Source: Octopus sinensis (lineage: Eukaryota). Taken from it: a stretch of DNA of 64,000 bases. The stretch's first letter is position 1; every line of letters begins with the position of its first letter. Shown one piece after another: positions 27,566 through 40,993 of the stretch. The stretch lies in assembly GCF_006345805.1 (NCBI RefSeq), contig NW_021832829.1:310001-374000 (forward strand). The letters are read 5' to 3'. The notes beneath the pieces were generated by a model. It ran no database searches, had not been told where the DNA came from, and saw only the letters and a program-made list of their open reading frames with translations. The translations under genes were made by a program, and so were the position numbers.

Positions 27566-30500
27566 ATGTCCCGAGACGTACGCATGTTGTATTTGAAGAG
27601 AAGGATTTAACAGAAATTGTCTCCCAAAAATGAGATCAGAACCTTATGTGAAATAAGTAGTTCTAAAGCCTTTGCAGTCTCTCGTTTTTTAAAAAACGAG
27701 AAATTAATAAAATTAGTTATTTTTGAAAGAAAAATTATGAAAGACAGATTTTTTTATTTTACCAAATGTGAAAAATGTCTAGAATTTTCCTCATTAGTGA
27801 TTGATGACTGAAATATAGTCGAATGATGCTCAGATAAATAGAATCAAATGTCAGAGAGTCTGATTCTCTAGGAAAAAAGATTTTTAATTGTTAATTTCAT
27901 TGAAAGGTCGGTGTATTAAAGACAATCACGTTACCTTTCGAAAAAGTTTTTCAATAGATTCCATGTGTTGAAAATAAAAGATTCTTGAGGAACAAATTCA
28001 ATTAAATTTCCTATTTTCTAAAAATAGAGGAATCCACGTCAATCCTTCACGTTATTCCTTTATATTAATTAGAATAATTTATAACAAGCTTAAATATTTC
28101 CTTATCCTAGTACGGCACATATTCAAGTATAAAACACAAAGCTAGACAATTAGTAGTACAATATGTTTTACACATCCTCTGAAATGCTATCCGAATGTGA
28201 AATATCAAAAGGTAATTTTTTTACTGAATTTTTGTAGAAACGTGTGAAATTATACCAATCAGTGTTGATTTGGAGGAAAGTAGAATCCTTGTAGTTTCAA
28301 ATAACAAAATGTGTATGAAGGGACGGCAAATAGCAAAAATTGATCTTAATGAGGCAGATTTAATAAACCACGGACATACATTTTCTTTAAGGTTTGGTCA
28401 GCCACAATCTGGCGTACTCGATCAATTAAACTAAACTATTAATAGTGACTGCGCACGCCTGCTGTTGTTATAATTAGCATAGTCTAGTTTTGGAGGTCCT
28501 CATCTCATTTTTATTAGGACTGGGCTCTCTCAGCATTATTTTATGCCAAAAACACGGCGACAACTTGACGAGTGGGTTGGGATTATAAAAGTGAGGATGG
28601 AAATTACCTGATTAGAATTATCAACGCGAATTAAAAGGAATACATCCTGCAAAATCGCAAATACATCCGCATTACGGATTTATGAGTATTCCTCAGGAGT
28701 TTAGTTCTCTTGAAAATGAGAAAAACAAAAATATCAAAAATATAAACAGTATTAGAATATTTTTAGTTTAGAATATGTATTCCCGTGCCTTGAATTTACA
28801 AATCAAGATTCAACTATTTCATCAACTATGGGAGACAAAATTTTTAACGTGGAAAACCAAAAAGAGTCCAAAATGTATGATTGTAAAATATTTTGTTTTA
28901 TTAAATATAAATAAAATTATTTTGAAAGGGAAAACGATGATATGGAAAACATTCCAGAAGAAATTTCAAAAAATTCAGAACAATTACTTAAAAAAGCAAA
29001 CGAAAAAATCAAAATCCTTTTAAATAAAATATCAGAGAAAGATTTAATGATATTAAACCTAAGCACAAAATTGATTTCATCATTTGAAATATTAAAGTTT
29101 TTTGTTAGAATTAAACAAATTTATGTTCACCAGTTCAAATGAGTCAAAAAATAAACACCCAATGAAATTTATAAACAAAATTCCTTTCGAATATTCGCAA
29201 GGAATTAATGAGAGATTGTTTAAATAATAATATTCATTGTTACAGACAAGAAGAAAAACTTCAACAAAATATTCTTTATTTGTCTCTTCTAATTGATTCA
29301 TCGTTAATTCCTTGCGGACTGGCAGAAGAGGGATTAATTAAAAAAGATTTTACACAAACTTTAGTTTAATTATGTATTTATTTTTAAGCATTTAAATAAC
29401 ATAAATAAAATTTCCGATCAAATAAAACATTTGGAAAAAAGAATTCCTTCGATAGAAAAGTCTCTATGCAATGAAATATTTATAGATTATTGAGAGGAGA
29501 TGTACACGTGGACGAATTTGGGTTTAAAAATAAGATTTTGGACAAAGAAATGGCATTTCGGTATGTTTGTCTTCAGTTGAGAAATTTCCTAATTTGGGAA
29601 AGTGGAGATTTCATCTCTAGGCTGAAAATATGGAATGATTTGATTTATGACAAAAGCAAACTCAAAAATAATGTAAATTAAGCTTTATAGAGGATTTAGA
29701 AAATGATTAGATCTCTTGTTATTCGGGGAATTCCCAACCAATATCGAGGAATTCTCTGGTTCAATATTTATAGCGATCAAATCGAATCACTGATCTTGGA
29801 AAAGGGTCATAATTACTTTGCTTTTTATTGTCATCAAATCAATCAGGACATTAACGTGAGTAAAGTGTTATTATTTTCTATTAAATATGACTATCCTTAG
29901 AAGTAATAACTTGCAAGTTCTAATATTACAAAATATAGGTTGTTGAGTCAATTAGAAAACAAATAAGACTGGATTTGCTACGCACTCTTCCCTCCAATGT
30001 AAACTACGAGTCTTTTGACTCACAGTCAGTATTAATAATTATATAAAATGAAAAGCTTGTCCATCTGTATAACGTTTTACTTGTGTATTCTGTCCACAAT
30101 CCGGATGTTGGATACTGCCAGGGAATGAATTTCATTGCGGGAGTAGTTCTTTTATTCCTTCCCCCAGAAAAGACATTCTGGTGCTCTTATTATCATTTTG
30201 ACTGTGAAGGTTACTCCTATATGTCATTGAACATATTTTTGGAAACGAATATTTCAATGATGGACTTTTGGGTGCCCGGGTGGATCAAATCATTTTGTCA
30301 GATTTTCTACAATATTATATTCCCGAACTCAAAAAGCATTTTGATAATCACAATATTGATTTGTCACTCGTCGGTTTTCCGTGGTTCATGTCCCTCTTTT
30401 ACGACATTCTTCCGTTTGAGGTACTATGAAAGCTAACACTCAGACCATGTTGAGAGTCTGGGACTGTTTTTTTATTGACGGAAGAGAGGCTCTTTTCCGT

Positions 30501-32101
30501 ATCACATTGGCACTTCTTAAAGCAAACGAGAATTCGTTATTACAGATGCATGACACGGTGTCCGTTCTAAAACATCTTAAATTTGTGTGTTTTCTGTCAA
30601 CAAATCCTGACCAGCTTGTGGAAGTTACATTTCTACTTTATTTTAGTTTGCTTACGGGCCAGAATTTGAGAATTTTCCGGATAAACAAGCTTTAAGCTCT
30701 ATGAAAACAGCACGACTCAAAACCTTACAAAAAACTCTTAAAAAACAAAATAAAATGATAAATACTATTCTGGAAAACAAAGTTTGTCGTTTTTTATTCC
30801 CAAGGATTCCGATTCTTCTACAACTTTGAAGGAAAGCTGTGTCCTAATTAGTGATCGTTCATTTCCGTAATTACGTAATCCTTAGAATGTATGTGGCTAT
30901 GTTCTTCTGATAAAAATAATTCTATTATGTTTGAGCTGAATCTGCACAACGACATTCTCTCAGAGTTGAATATCGAGGTTTTCCTAAAGAATTTATTTCA
31001 GATTGACACCTCTATAGTCTCGATGATTGCTGTCGAATCGTCTTTTGTCCTCATTGGTTCACTTTGTGGAATCATAAGCGCAATTGACGTCAGCGAGCTG
31101 TATTATGACTTTAAGAACCAAAAGGATAATTATTTGGGATTTAAGATGCTCGGAGACCGTCATGAACATGACCGCCGTCGAAAATCCCGAAAACTGTTTG
31201 CGAATTGTTTATGCTGGATTGGCTAATGGAAATATTGTGTTTTTTGAGGTATTAATTAACATGTGATTTAGTTGTCTGACTGTTACCGGTGTCCGTTGAA
31301 TCCAATGAGTATTTCTATATCAAAGTCTCCCATTTCGTGCCTGTCCCATGACGAAACTCGATTATTTTGTGCGGCGGGAAACTATATTCATGTGATCGCT
31401 ATAAAGTTCAAGTTCTTATTTGAAAATAGAACTTTAAATCGTATCGGAAACATAAAAATATCATCCAATTCGTTCGATTACGTCGCGAGGATGACGACAG
31501 ACAGTCGCGGATTGTGGGTGGCCAAGAACAGCTCAGCAATTCTTGAACTTCGTGATCCTGAGACTGGGGAGATCCGGAATAGCATTGACACTTCAAAAAG
31601 TCGGCATGGACATGTTTATTTGATATTCACATTCAAAGAGTGGAATGGAAATTAATTGCAGTTACAGAATAACTGGACTTTGGGTAGGACAAGAGACAGT
31701 GTGGGTTGGCAACGAGAACGGGAACCTCCTCTTATATTCCTATAAACTTCAAGATAGTATCCAGTTCCTTACACCAAAGGATGAATGTCCTTGCATGTAA
31801 ATCCGACATTCATAGTCGTAGTAAAAAAAGTTCAAATCCTCCGAGTCCATGCGACCACCATTGTAGATTAGACTCTGATTGTGATGAAGTTGACAATGAA
31901 TACGAGTTTAATTTGGAACTGAATGTGAAAACATCAGAACTTCCTGTGCGTTGTATTATAGAAGGAAGGTATGCCAAGTTATGTAAAATTGTTAGAAATG
32001 GGGATATGTCTACAGTTGGGGTCACATTTTCGGGATTAAATACAGAAAATGAAGTTGTTGTAAAATGGACTCATTTACTGAAGACTGTATTTTTTAGATG
32101 A
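27566..32101 (+). CDS. PH / coiled-coil / TBC (Rab-GAP) protein, TBC1D2-like, with a JIP/ARHGEF10-like beta-propeller C-terminus; multi-exon
   Basis: VDEFGFK, RSLVIRGIPNQYRGILW, IRLDLLRTLP, YSVHNPDVGYCQGMNFIAGVVLL, TMLRVWDCFFIDGREALFRITLALL; C-terminal YAGLANGNIVFF and GLWVA repeats. Start inferred. Confidence 0.8.
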
Positions 32102-32343
32102 ATGTTTGTAGGACTCATGGACTAACAATTATATAAGAAGGAAAAAGTTTTCAGGAACAGAATCGAGGAGCAATGCCAAATCGCCGTATTCGAAATTCGT
32201 AAAGAAAGCGACATCTTTCATTTCTTATATCCACGATTTATAATCAAAGAAATTATTTAGTTATGAAGGATTTTTTAATAGTATTAATTTAATAAGAATT
32301 TTTAATTTCACTTAAAAATCCAATTTATTTCAGTAATTTAGAT

Positions 32344-33261
32344 CAGCGGTTCTCAACCTTTTTTAGACTGTGGACCACTTTTGCACTATAAAATTCTGTG
32401 GGAACCACCTTAAAAAATAACTTTTTTGCTACTAGCGCACAATTTTTGGACTCGTCAAAAGCAGGTTCAGACATGTTCGACTATTTATTCGTTTAATTCA
32501 TTGCTCCAGGATATCACATGAAAATTCTGACATTCTGCAGAACATTGAATCGTTGGATAAAGGTATGTCCTTAACCTTGGCAACTGCATCTGGACCAAAT
32601 AAAATTCGAGCAATTTCAAGAGTCGCTGGTTTAATTAACCTTTCCCCAGAATTATGTGCAGCTTTGTTTTTTGCAACAATCATTGAGACAAATTTGGTTT
32701 AGATACAAATTTATATTGTAAATAGCCCTGCAGCAAAATGTAAACGACGTGTTGACATCTCGCTCAGGACGGCCACACTTTTTTTATAGAAAGATCAAGA
32801 TAGAGAAAGAGAATATATGATGCTTCTAATCTCGGTTTATTTTGGGACTCATTAAGCCATTCAAGCTTTGACTGTGAATCAAATTTCGTTCTTTTGATTT
32901 TAAAATATTCATGTGAGCAAAAATTTTCTTGGTGTACAGGCTCCTTGTGGAGCTTAATTTGAGAAGGTTTCAGTGAATTGTTTCCCAAAATTCTATGGCA
33001 AATCATGCATTTTCCCTTTATTTCATCATTTGAGGCAACGAACTCAATAAATCCAAATTGAACGTTAAAAATCTGAACAAAGACGACGATTCTTGTTAAC
33101 CATTACTAGAATGATAAACCAGGCTAATAAAATCGGGTTAATTTCAATGTTTTTGATTTATACTTAATTACACAATTAGTTTTAACTTTAATATATTTTT
33201 ATTTTTTCAAAATTCCTGGGGACCACCGAAAATTTTCTTGGGACCACGGTTAGAACCGCTG
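32344..33261 (-). mobile_element. Internally deleted hAT (Charlie/ZBED5-like)
   Basis: TIRs CAGCGGTTCTCAACC and GGTTAGAACCGCTG; 8-bp TSD ATTTAGAT (32336-32343, 33262-33269); remnant HNSGERLIKPATLEIARILFG...IPLSNDS. Confidence 0.9.
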
Positions 33262-33357
33262 ATTTAGATATTAACATTTTATTGAATTAAGTAACCGGCG
33301 AATTTAGGAAAAATAAAATAATTTTTTTAACAAAAATAATCAATCTTTTTAACTAAT

Positions 33358-34818
33358 GACCAGAACTGTTTAAATACGGACCGCCTGCACTAACAGACAA
33401 ACTGGCGGAGCTACTCAATGGTATGTTTATGAAAAAGGAATTCCTCGGTCTTGATTCCGGATTATTAATACCGATCCAAAAGCCTAACAAGCAGGCTGGG
33501 CCTGTCGAAAATCTACGCCCTATAATCTTGCTAAACACCTTACGGAAACTTTTGGGATTAGTTACACTGAACCGAATAAGAGAACAAGTGGACAACTATC
33601 TATCCCCGAGTCATAGTGGATTTAGGACAGGAAGATCCACCGCCGATGCTGTCTGGGCCCACAAGTGGTACTGCGCTATCACCCAGAGATACAAAAGTGC
33701 AACAACAGTCCTGGGAATAGACCTGTCTAGGGCCTTTGACACGGTACGCCGTGGTCTACTCCTCAAAATACTGGAACAATTCCTGGACCCTGACTCTGTC
33801 AATATGATAAGAGTACTACTATCGAACACAAAGCTCAAGGTGCGGGTCGGCACGGCGTTTTCCCGTGAATTCACATGCAACGTCGGTACCCCTCAGGGAG
33901 ACGCCCTCTCGCCGTTGCTATTCGTGATCTATCTGGAGACGGCACTACGAGACCTTCGAAAATTCTATGCTGGCAATATCGTCGAAATTGTATATGCAGA
34001 TGACGTCGACTTCGTGTCAGACGACAAATCGGCCTTACTTCGACTCCTTGAAGTGGCACCTGCTGAGCTGAACAGATGGTTCCTTAAAATGAACGTTGGA
34101 AAAACCGACATCGTTGAAATCATGAGGATGGAGAGCAGCTCAAGTGAAGCCTGGCGCAAAACGAACAAACTCGGTTCTCTACTTGGGGACGGCCATGATA
34201 TTGTCAGAAGAAAGGCTCTCGCTTGGGCCACGATGAACAAGATAAAGAAAGAGTGGATCGGCAAACGACGACTCTGTACGTCACTTCGTCTGAGGATGTA
34301 TGAAGCCTTTGTCAAACCAATCCTGACATATAATTCGGCGACCTGGGGAATGTCTAGTACTGAACAACGTGGACTCGATTCTTTTCACCGCAGGCAACTT
34401 AGATCCCTACTGGGATTGAACTGGCCTATAAGAATCAACCAGGAATCGCTATACAATAGATGCAGAACTGGCCCTCTGAGTGTGGAAATCGTCAATATGC
34501 GGTGGAGGTTATTTGGCCATATTCTACGAATGGACATGCTTGCCCCAGCTAACATAGCAATGGAGGGCTACTTCCTGAAAGAGGGATCGAGCTTCCGTGG
34601 ACGTCCACGTGTTACGCTGCCGGAAACACTTGACGGAGACCTGAAATGTGTGAAGAAAAGGCTAAGGAGTGGTGAGGATCTGGACGAGCTGAGGAAACTC
34701 GCTCACGACAGGGGAGGTTGGAGGAGGCTGGTTCAAAGGATTGTTTTTAATGCTGCACGAGTAAAATTATAACTAATATGATTCTACGTATGTTGCAAAT
34801 AATAATAATAATAATAAT
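33358..34818 (+). mobile_element. 5'-truncated RTE-like non-LTR retrotransposon with an uninterrupted RT ORF (33423-34772)
   Basis: LRPIILLN, SGFRTGRST, IDLSRAFDTV, GTPQGDALSPLLF, YADD; (AAT)n tail; 16-bp TSD AATCTTTTTAACTAAT at 33342-33357 and 34819-34834. Confidence 0.9.
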
Positions 34819-34857
34819 AATCTTTTTAACTAATAAATAACCGGTTTTTCTATCTAT

Positions 34858-37505
34858 ATGGATGATGTGGTGCTTCTATATAACGAAATAATTTCATCAC
34901 AAAAGTCGATTAACATCAAATCACTAGATACGTTAATTAAAGTTAACTAAAAGCGAAATAACTTTTAGAAGACGATAGAGCACACATGTGATGCTGATTT
35001 GACATTATTAAGACCATACGACTTGTTCCTCGCAAAAACAATTGCAACCTTATTCAACAATTCTGACTATTCTTCTGCTTTAACAGCAGCAATAAAAATT
35101 TCGAATATTTTGCTCAATGATTTTCATTTTTTGGAGTCTTTTTCTTTAAACGTCGACTTTTTGTCGAGTTTATTAAGAAATATATCCAATAACGACACAT
35201 ACACACAAGTAAGGATTAAAACAACAACTTTTCATTAGATTTTACATCTTATATCTCTTGTTGGTTCCAACATACAGACCCTTCCCCTTGTAGATTGGAG
35301 AAAAATTACAGATACATTAATAACCAAGTAAATTTTGTTCACAACTTTTCCGTCAGATTTGTGACCTCAGATTGTGAGAATTCCCTCCTGGTAATGTCGG
35401 TGTTGTCACACAGTCAGGCCAGTCAGTACTTTAGTAATCAAGTTGTTTAAGATTTGTCAGTTGTAGGCCTCTAATCGACGATTTGTCAGAAAATTATTAG
35501 AAGGGATGAACAAAGAACGAATTCTTTTGCCCTCATTGGTGGTATTGCTATCGATGTGCACTGTGAGCGATATTTCCGATAAAGTTTTGCTCTCATTTGA
35601 CCTGGCAGATAATGACTAGACATAATATTGACAGCTCCATTAAACTCTTTGCCTTGGGAGTTGCAGATTCCCCAGAACGAGCCAGACTTTGCGTGACTGG
35701 ACTTGGACTGTTAGTTAAAATTATTCCGTCGAAGTATGTTTGTTTCCTCAGTAATATTTAGAATTGTTATGGATGAGCGTGTTCTTTCTGACCTCGTTCA
35801 TAAACTCGAGGGAGCCAATAGTTATTCCAAATTTATGGTTTAGTACACATTTAATGTTAGATTATTCGTTTTTTGTATATTTTGTTACTGAGTGATGTGG
35901 AATGCATTAACGGACAGTCCATCCGTGATTTTCTTGCCAACGAGGAGTATTTTAACTCAGTTTTTGTGAACTATTCGTTGGCGGAGGATGTTTTTGTGGC
36001 GGGAATGATGACATTTTTGGTAGTCTATGTTAAGGTGAAGAATTTATAAGCCCATCGTAGGGGTTAAAAGACTTGGGAAGTGTTAAAACGTTAATATTTT
36101 CTGTTTTGGGTCGAAATATTACTGGACGTTTTGGGTTGGATGCCTTTAATTTGGCTCTAGATATTGTATCTAAAAACAAAGCTTTCAATGCAAGTGACAT
36201 ACATATTGTATATTGTTATCTATGTTACTTAGGATAATCAAATAATTTATGCTCTTAATAAAGCAATAACTGGCAACCAAATAGGATCGGAGGAATATTT
36301 GTTGAACCATTTTCTGAGGTATTATTCATATTAATGGTATTAGTTTACGTCCTGAGAGAGCATTTTTTAATCTATTGAAATTCTTTTGCAGTGAAGCGAA
36401 CTCACAACTAGTCTCCTTGATCCACGAGGTATTCGGTGTTCATCAATGATACGAATAAGTGCTCCAATTTGTATTATGTGATCACATTTTGTCTCCACGA
36501 TCCAGAAATATTTTCAGATGCATTCAGATTTGTCACTCAGCTTAATTTGGATTATGAAATGTATATTTTTCTTGACGAAATAAGACTATCACTCCAAATG
36601 AGTAAATGGGGGACCAAAGAACATGTTGTGCCTAAAAATAGTGTTTCTGATAACTTGGAGGTTGGGTAATTAATGACGGACTCTCTAGATCAAGGATCTT
36701 AGTAATCAGGTGAATATGTGTGAAGAGCAAATAGTACGTTTGAGGGAGTATGGATCCCGTTGCAGAACAGAAATCGAGTTTTTGGAGGCTGAGGTGATTG
36801 AATATCGATAATCTGTTTTCAATTTTTAGTTGTTTTCCGTTAATAAAGACTTTGATCGATCTAGAAATGAAAACTGTGATCTTGTGAGGAATTTGGAACG
36901 AATTGAAGCGGAATTCAAGGACCAAACCAGTCAGTTAGCGGCGACAGTTAAAGAAACAGAAAGGTCACGTTGACAATATATCAATTTAGGTTAAGAAGTT
37001 TTGAAATCGACTTTATGTCTCTGACTTTTGAATATGACAAATTAATGGAGAGGTAGTTGTTAATGTCTGATTTGGTCAGTTACGAGGTCATTGTTCTAGA
37101 TTTGGCCGAACAGAAAAAGGAATATGAAGAACTCGAGGAATATGCTCACATGTTTTTCTTTATTGGTCATTCGATAGAACAAAGAGTGGGTTCGATGATC
37201 TGGTGGAGCAGCACAATATTTTGAAGGATGAATACTTGTCCCTCAGTGAGGCTTATGAGAGTAATGGCTCTTTATAGCAGTAATTAGAACACAAAACTGC
37301 GTGCGAAGTACATTTAAAAAAGATGGAAAAGTTGGAGATGGGAGTGCAGTCTATGTCAGATTCACTTATGGAGAATGAGAGAGAGATTGAACGAATGGGG
37401 AGTGTTATTAAAGAACAAAAATCAAAAATTGAGCATTTAAGTTTGAAACAAAAAAAGATTATGGAATTACGTAATCTTGTCCATTCGATTGCAGACGATG
37501 AGTAG
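34858..37505 (+). CDS. ARM/HEAT-like N-terminus plus C-terminal coiled coil (architecture resembles CIP2A; not established); multi-exon
   Basis: Spliced frame MDDVVLLYNEIISSQK...LLRPYDLFLAKTIATLF through Leu-rich helical exons to the coiled coil EKLEMGVQSMSDSLMENEREIER...ADDE*; tiny GT-AG introns. Confidence 0.6.
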
Positions 37506-37754
37506 GATTAATGTTATGACGATATTTTTATGTTATATATTTAAAAACATTCTGATTGATTAGTGATTGTGTGTAATAAATATATGCCTAGTAGCAAACG
37601 GAATTCTATGATAAATTTAATTTCCAAGTAAATGTGTGGACGACCCAAAAAAGTAAGATCGTGTGTGGGCAAATAATTTATTTATTAAAATTTTTAAATT
37701 TTTGGACGAACTAGACCTTTTTAACGTAACAATTTCCATTAAAAAGTAATCCGA

Positions 37755-37860
37755 AACTAAACTTCATGGGCGGGAAGCCGACGCAATCGAGAAAGAATTA
37801 GAGGGTACTATCGCGAGGGATATCCGCTCGAAAAACCATCTTATTCGCGGGCGTACAATG
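37755..37860 (-). mobile_element. Very short CRE-like 3' end
   Basis: Minus frame RWFFERISLAIVPSNSFSIASASRP*, nearly the same as the end of the 19.3-kb copy. Confidence 0.65.
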
Positions 37861-38085
37861 AAAGTATTATATTAAACTTTGTCTTAATGCAGACAGGCCA
37901 AGGCATCTAGTTTAGTTCGATTTTCTATTCGTTTACAAACACAATTAAAATTGGAAAATACAGTCACCTATAATAAGTTTTTCATTTCGCCTTTAGCAGG
38001 GTTTAATTCAAGCCACTTAATTAATATTTCGAATTATATTTAAATATTACAAAATAATCAAATTTTGAATTATACTGCTGCGTTC

Positions 38086-38591
38086 ATGTCGTACATAAAC
38101 TACAAACCAATATCCCACGCAATTCGTGTATTAAGGCTGTACAGAGCAGCCATTAAGAACCTCCAGTCCTATTACTTGACGGACAGGTAATATTTAAGAA
38201 AACTAATCACTTAGGATTAAGTACCGTTATGAGTGTTGTTTATTAAGAGCCAGATTTGACGAAAATTCTAAAATATCAGATCCCCGAGTTGCCAGAATGC
38301 TCCTTTTCAAAGGAGAAGCCGAACTCGAGTCAAAGATGCACGCTCAGCCTTTTAAATGTATCTCCGATATGACTAACTCACAGATGCACATGCCCCTGAT
38401 GGCATTTCTTATAGAAGGGGGATTCCTCCACAGGATTGGGTCTGACCTTGGCTGTTCTACCTTAGATATTGGACACGTGGCATCCTTTTGAGAAGGCCCG
38501 ATACCCTAAGTACTTTGCTTTGAGAGAAAAACGAAAACACGAAATTGTTGAGAAGTATTTATCTTCCAAAATAGATACTCCAAATAATTAA
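38086..38591 (+). CDS. NDUFB9: NADH dehydrogenase 1 beta subcomplex subunit 9 (LYR family); 4 exons
   Basis: RVLRLYRAAIKNL (LYR), LLRARFDEN, HAQPF, DTWHPFEKARYPKYFALREKRK. Confidence 0.9.
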
Positions 38592-38647
38592 TTTAAATTT
38601 AACCAAAATTAATTCTTAATTAATTTTGAATTAAAAAATATTGAGTG

Positions 38648-39013
38648 ATGTCTAGTTTAACGTTGCTACCATTGGGTTCTGAATACAATAATTTACATCT
38701 AAGAACTAATCGACAAATGTATTGGGTCCAAAATGCATTTGTTGATGAAAGATGATATAGAAATTGTTGGTGTTCTCTGCGGCTTTGACAACTATCTAAG
38801 TTAGCTTTTGAGTGACTACATTCGTAGACATGGTTTTAGAGGACGTCAATAAATTGTACTCATTTTTGTTTAATTCTGCAGCGAGGTTTTGTCCAAGGGG
38901 ACTAGAATCACAAAATTTGATAAAATTCTACTTAATGGAAACAACATAGCAATGGTATTTACCTTCTAATTACAAAATAGCTCATTCCTGGATCAAATGG
39001 GCCTGCTATTTAA
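38648..39013 (+). CDS. LSM5: U6 snRNA-associated Sm-like protein LSm5; 5 exons
   Basis: Spliced [43 protein letters not shown]...[20 protein letters not shown]. Confidence 0.92.
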
Positions 39014-39419
39014 AAGAATTTTACGTTTCTTTCATTTTTTAAAAATTTATGTTTTTTGTATTCTTTAGTGCACGAGCCCAGAGAACTGGATATTAATTTT
39101 GTAGTTTTTGATTATTAAAAATATTAAAGTTATTTTTCGCAAAAGTAATCAAAACTTTCAAAAATATTGTGATTTACATTAGTGATAACTTTTTAAATAA
39201 TAAAATTAATTTTTAATGAAAATTTAACGAAAAAAATAATCAAAAAAATACGACGGTTTTCTATAAAACCGCATCAAATCGCCTTATTCGCAATATCTTG
39301 TTTTACTAAATTATCTGAAAAACGAGATTGGTGAATATAATTTCATATTGTGCGTCTGTAAATTAAAAAATTCAAAATGTGTAAGAACGAGATTTAAAAA
39401 ATTTCAAAATTAGATAACT

Positions 39420-40870
39420 CAAATGGCTCAAAAACAGATCCTCGTCCATCGTCTAGCGATTGCAAAATTAATTTGAAAAAACTTATAAAAAAGTGTTTTT
39501 ATGATTGTTTTTACTCTCAGGTTGTCTTCGCCATTTTTTAAGAGTTTAAAAAAGAAGAAAAACAAAAAATATTTAAGAAAAACAAGTATTTTACATCTGA
39601 ATAAGGTAATTTGGCTTTCAATTGTAGACTTCAATTAAACATTCGAGTTTTTCTGACGTGGATTCATTGACCAGTTTTATTTCTTCTGAAAGTTTCTTTC
39701 CTGTCCAAAAAAAGTCTCAACTTGAGGTAATTTAACTATTCATTGACTGAGACTGCTAAAACTCACGCTGACAATCTGCTTGCTCTCTGCATAACAGAAT
39801 CATGTAATTTTTAACATAATTCCAGTACAAACCGACGCAGATGTGGAAAGTAGAGAAGAAAAAGTGTCTCCTCCAAAATATATCTCCTAGTCCAACATTA
39901 AAGAGATTGATTGGGAGATTGATTCGAAAAGTCTACAGTTCGGAGAGTGTGTTGGAAAGGGGGCTTTTGGGACTGTTTATAAATGTGATTATTATGGGAA
40001 GGCAGCGGTAAAGATAATCCACGCAACCAATCCTTCAAACGAGCATTTGGCTTCTTTTCGAAACGAGATCGCTGTCTTACAGTAAAAGAGTGACTAAGAC
40101 GTTTTTGTAGAAGACTGCGGCATGAGCATATTCTGCTCTTCATGGGATGTATTACAGATCCTTACATGGCGATTGTGACTGAGTGGTGTGAAGGGTCTTC
40201 TCTTTATAAAAGTCTTCACGTCGAAGAACTTATTTTTGAACCTTTTACTATCCTTTACATTGCTCGTCAACTCGCAGAAGGAATGGCTTATCTGCATTCT
40301 AAATCAATCATTCATTGTGATCTCAAATCTAACAGTTTTGTCGAAAATGATTATGAAGATGTGTTTATGGATGTGGGAGTCATCAAAATCGGGGACTTTG
40401 GACTGTCTGCGGTTCGGACAATTGTTGAGACAAATTCTTCAAAAAAACCGAGACTTGTTGGGTCAGTTTTTTGGATGGCATGTTTTATCTGAGACATGTC
40501 TAGGCTCCGGAAATCATCCGTCAGCGAGAAAAAAGTGGACCGTCGCCCTCTTCGGACATGTATGCGTATGGAATAGTCCTTTATGAGTTAATCACTGGCA
40601 AACTCCCTCACTCAGAACTTGATCACCCACATCAGGTTATTGCATAAAAATTATATTTTTAGATTTTGTACAAAGTGGGGACAAGCAGAGAGCCTCTTAG
40701 CCTTGATGGAGTTCGTTCTGACTTACCAAGACGTTTAAGAAAACTAGTACTCCAATGTTGTCAATACGAGGCTGACCATCGACCGGAATTTAACATAGTT
40801 GAAAATATCAGCTAAATTGGCCAGGTTCTTAAAAATATTTTCAACATGCTTGATAAATTCCCGAGAATAA
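39420..40870 (+). CDS. Raf-family (TKL) kinase with a short N-terminus; multi-exon, start uncertain
   Basis: DWEID, VGRGAFGTVYK, AVKII, FRNEIAVL, RHEHILLFMG, AIVTEWCEGSSLYKSLH, HCDLKSN, KIGDFGL, GSVFWMAPEIIR. Confidence 0.85.
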
Positions 40871-40993
40871 AACGTTCAGCATCAGACTCTTTTATGTATT
40901 CTAAAATTTGATTATTTGATATTTTTTAATATTCCACGTTTTTAAAAAATTATTTTAATTGTTATAATTAATAAATACACATAAACAGATACA

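Noticed and set aside
33423-34772. Bacterial retron, group II intron or defence RT
   Set aside because: TSD, (AAT)n tail, 5' truncation and LINE-type C-terminus identify a non-LTR retrotransposon.
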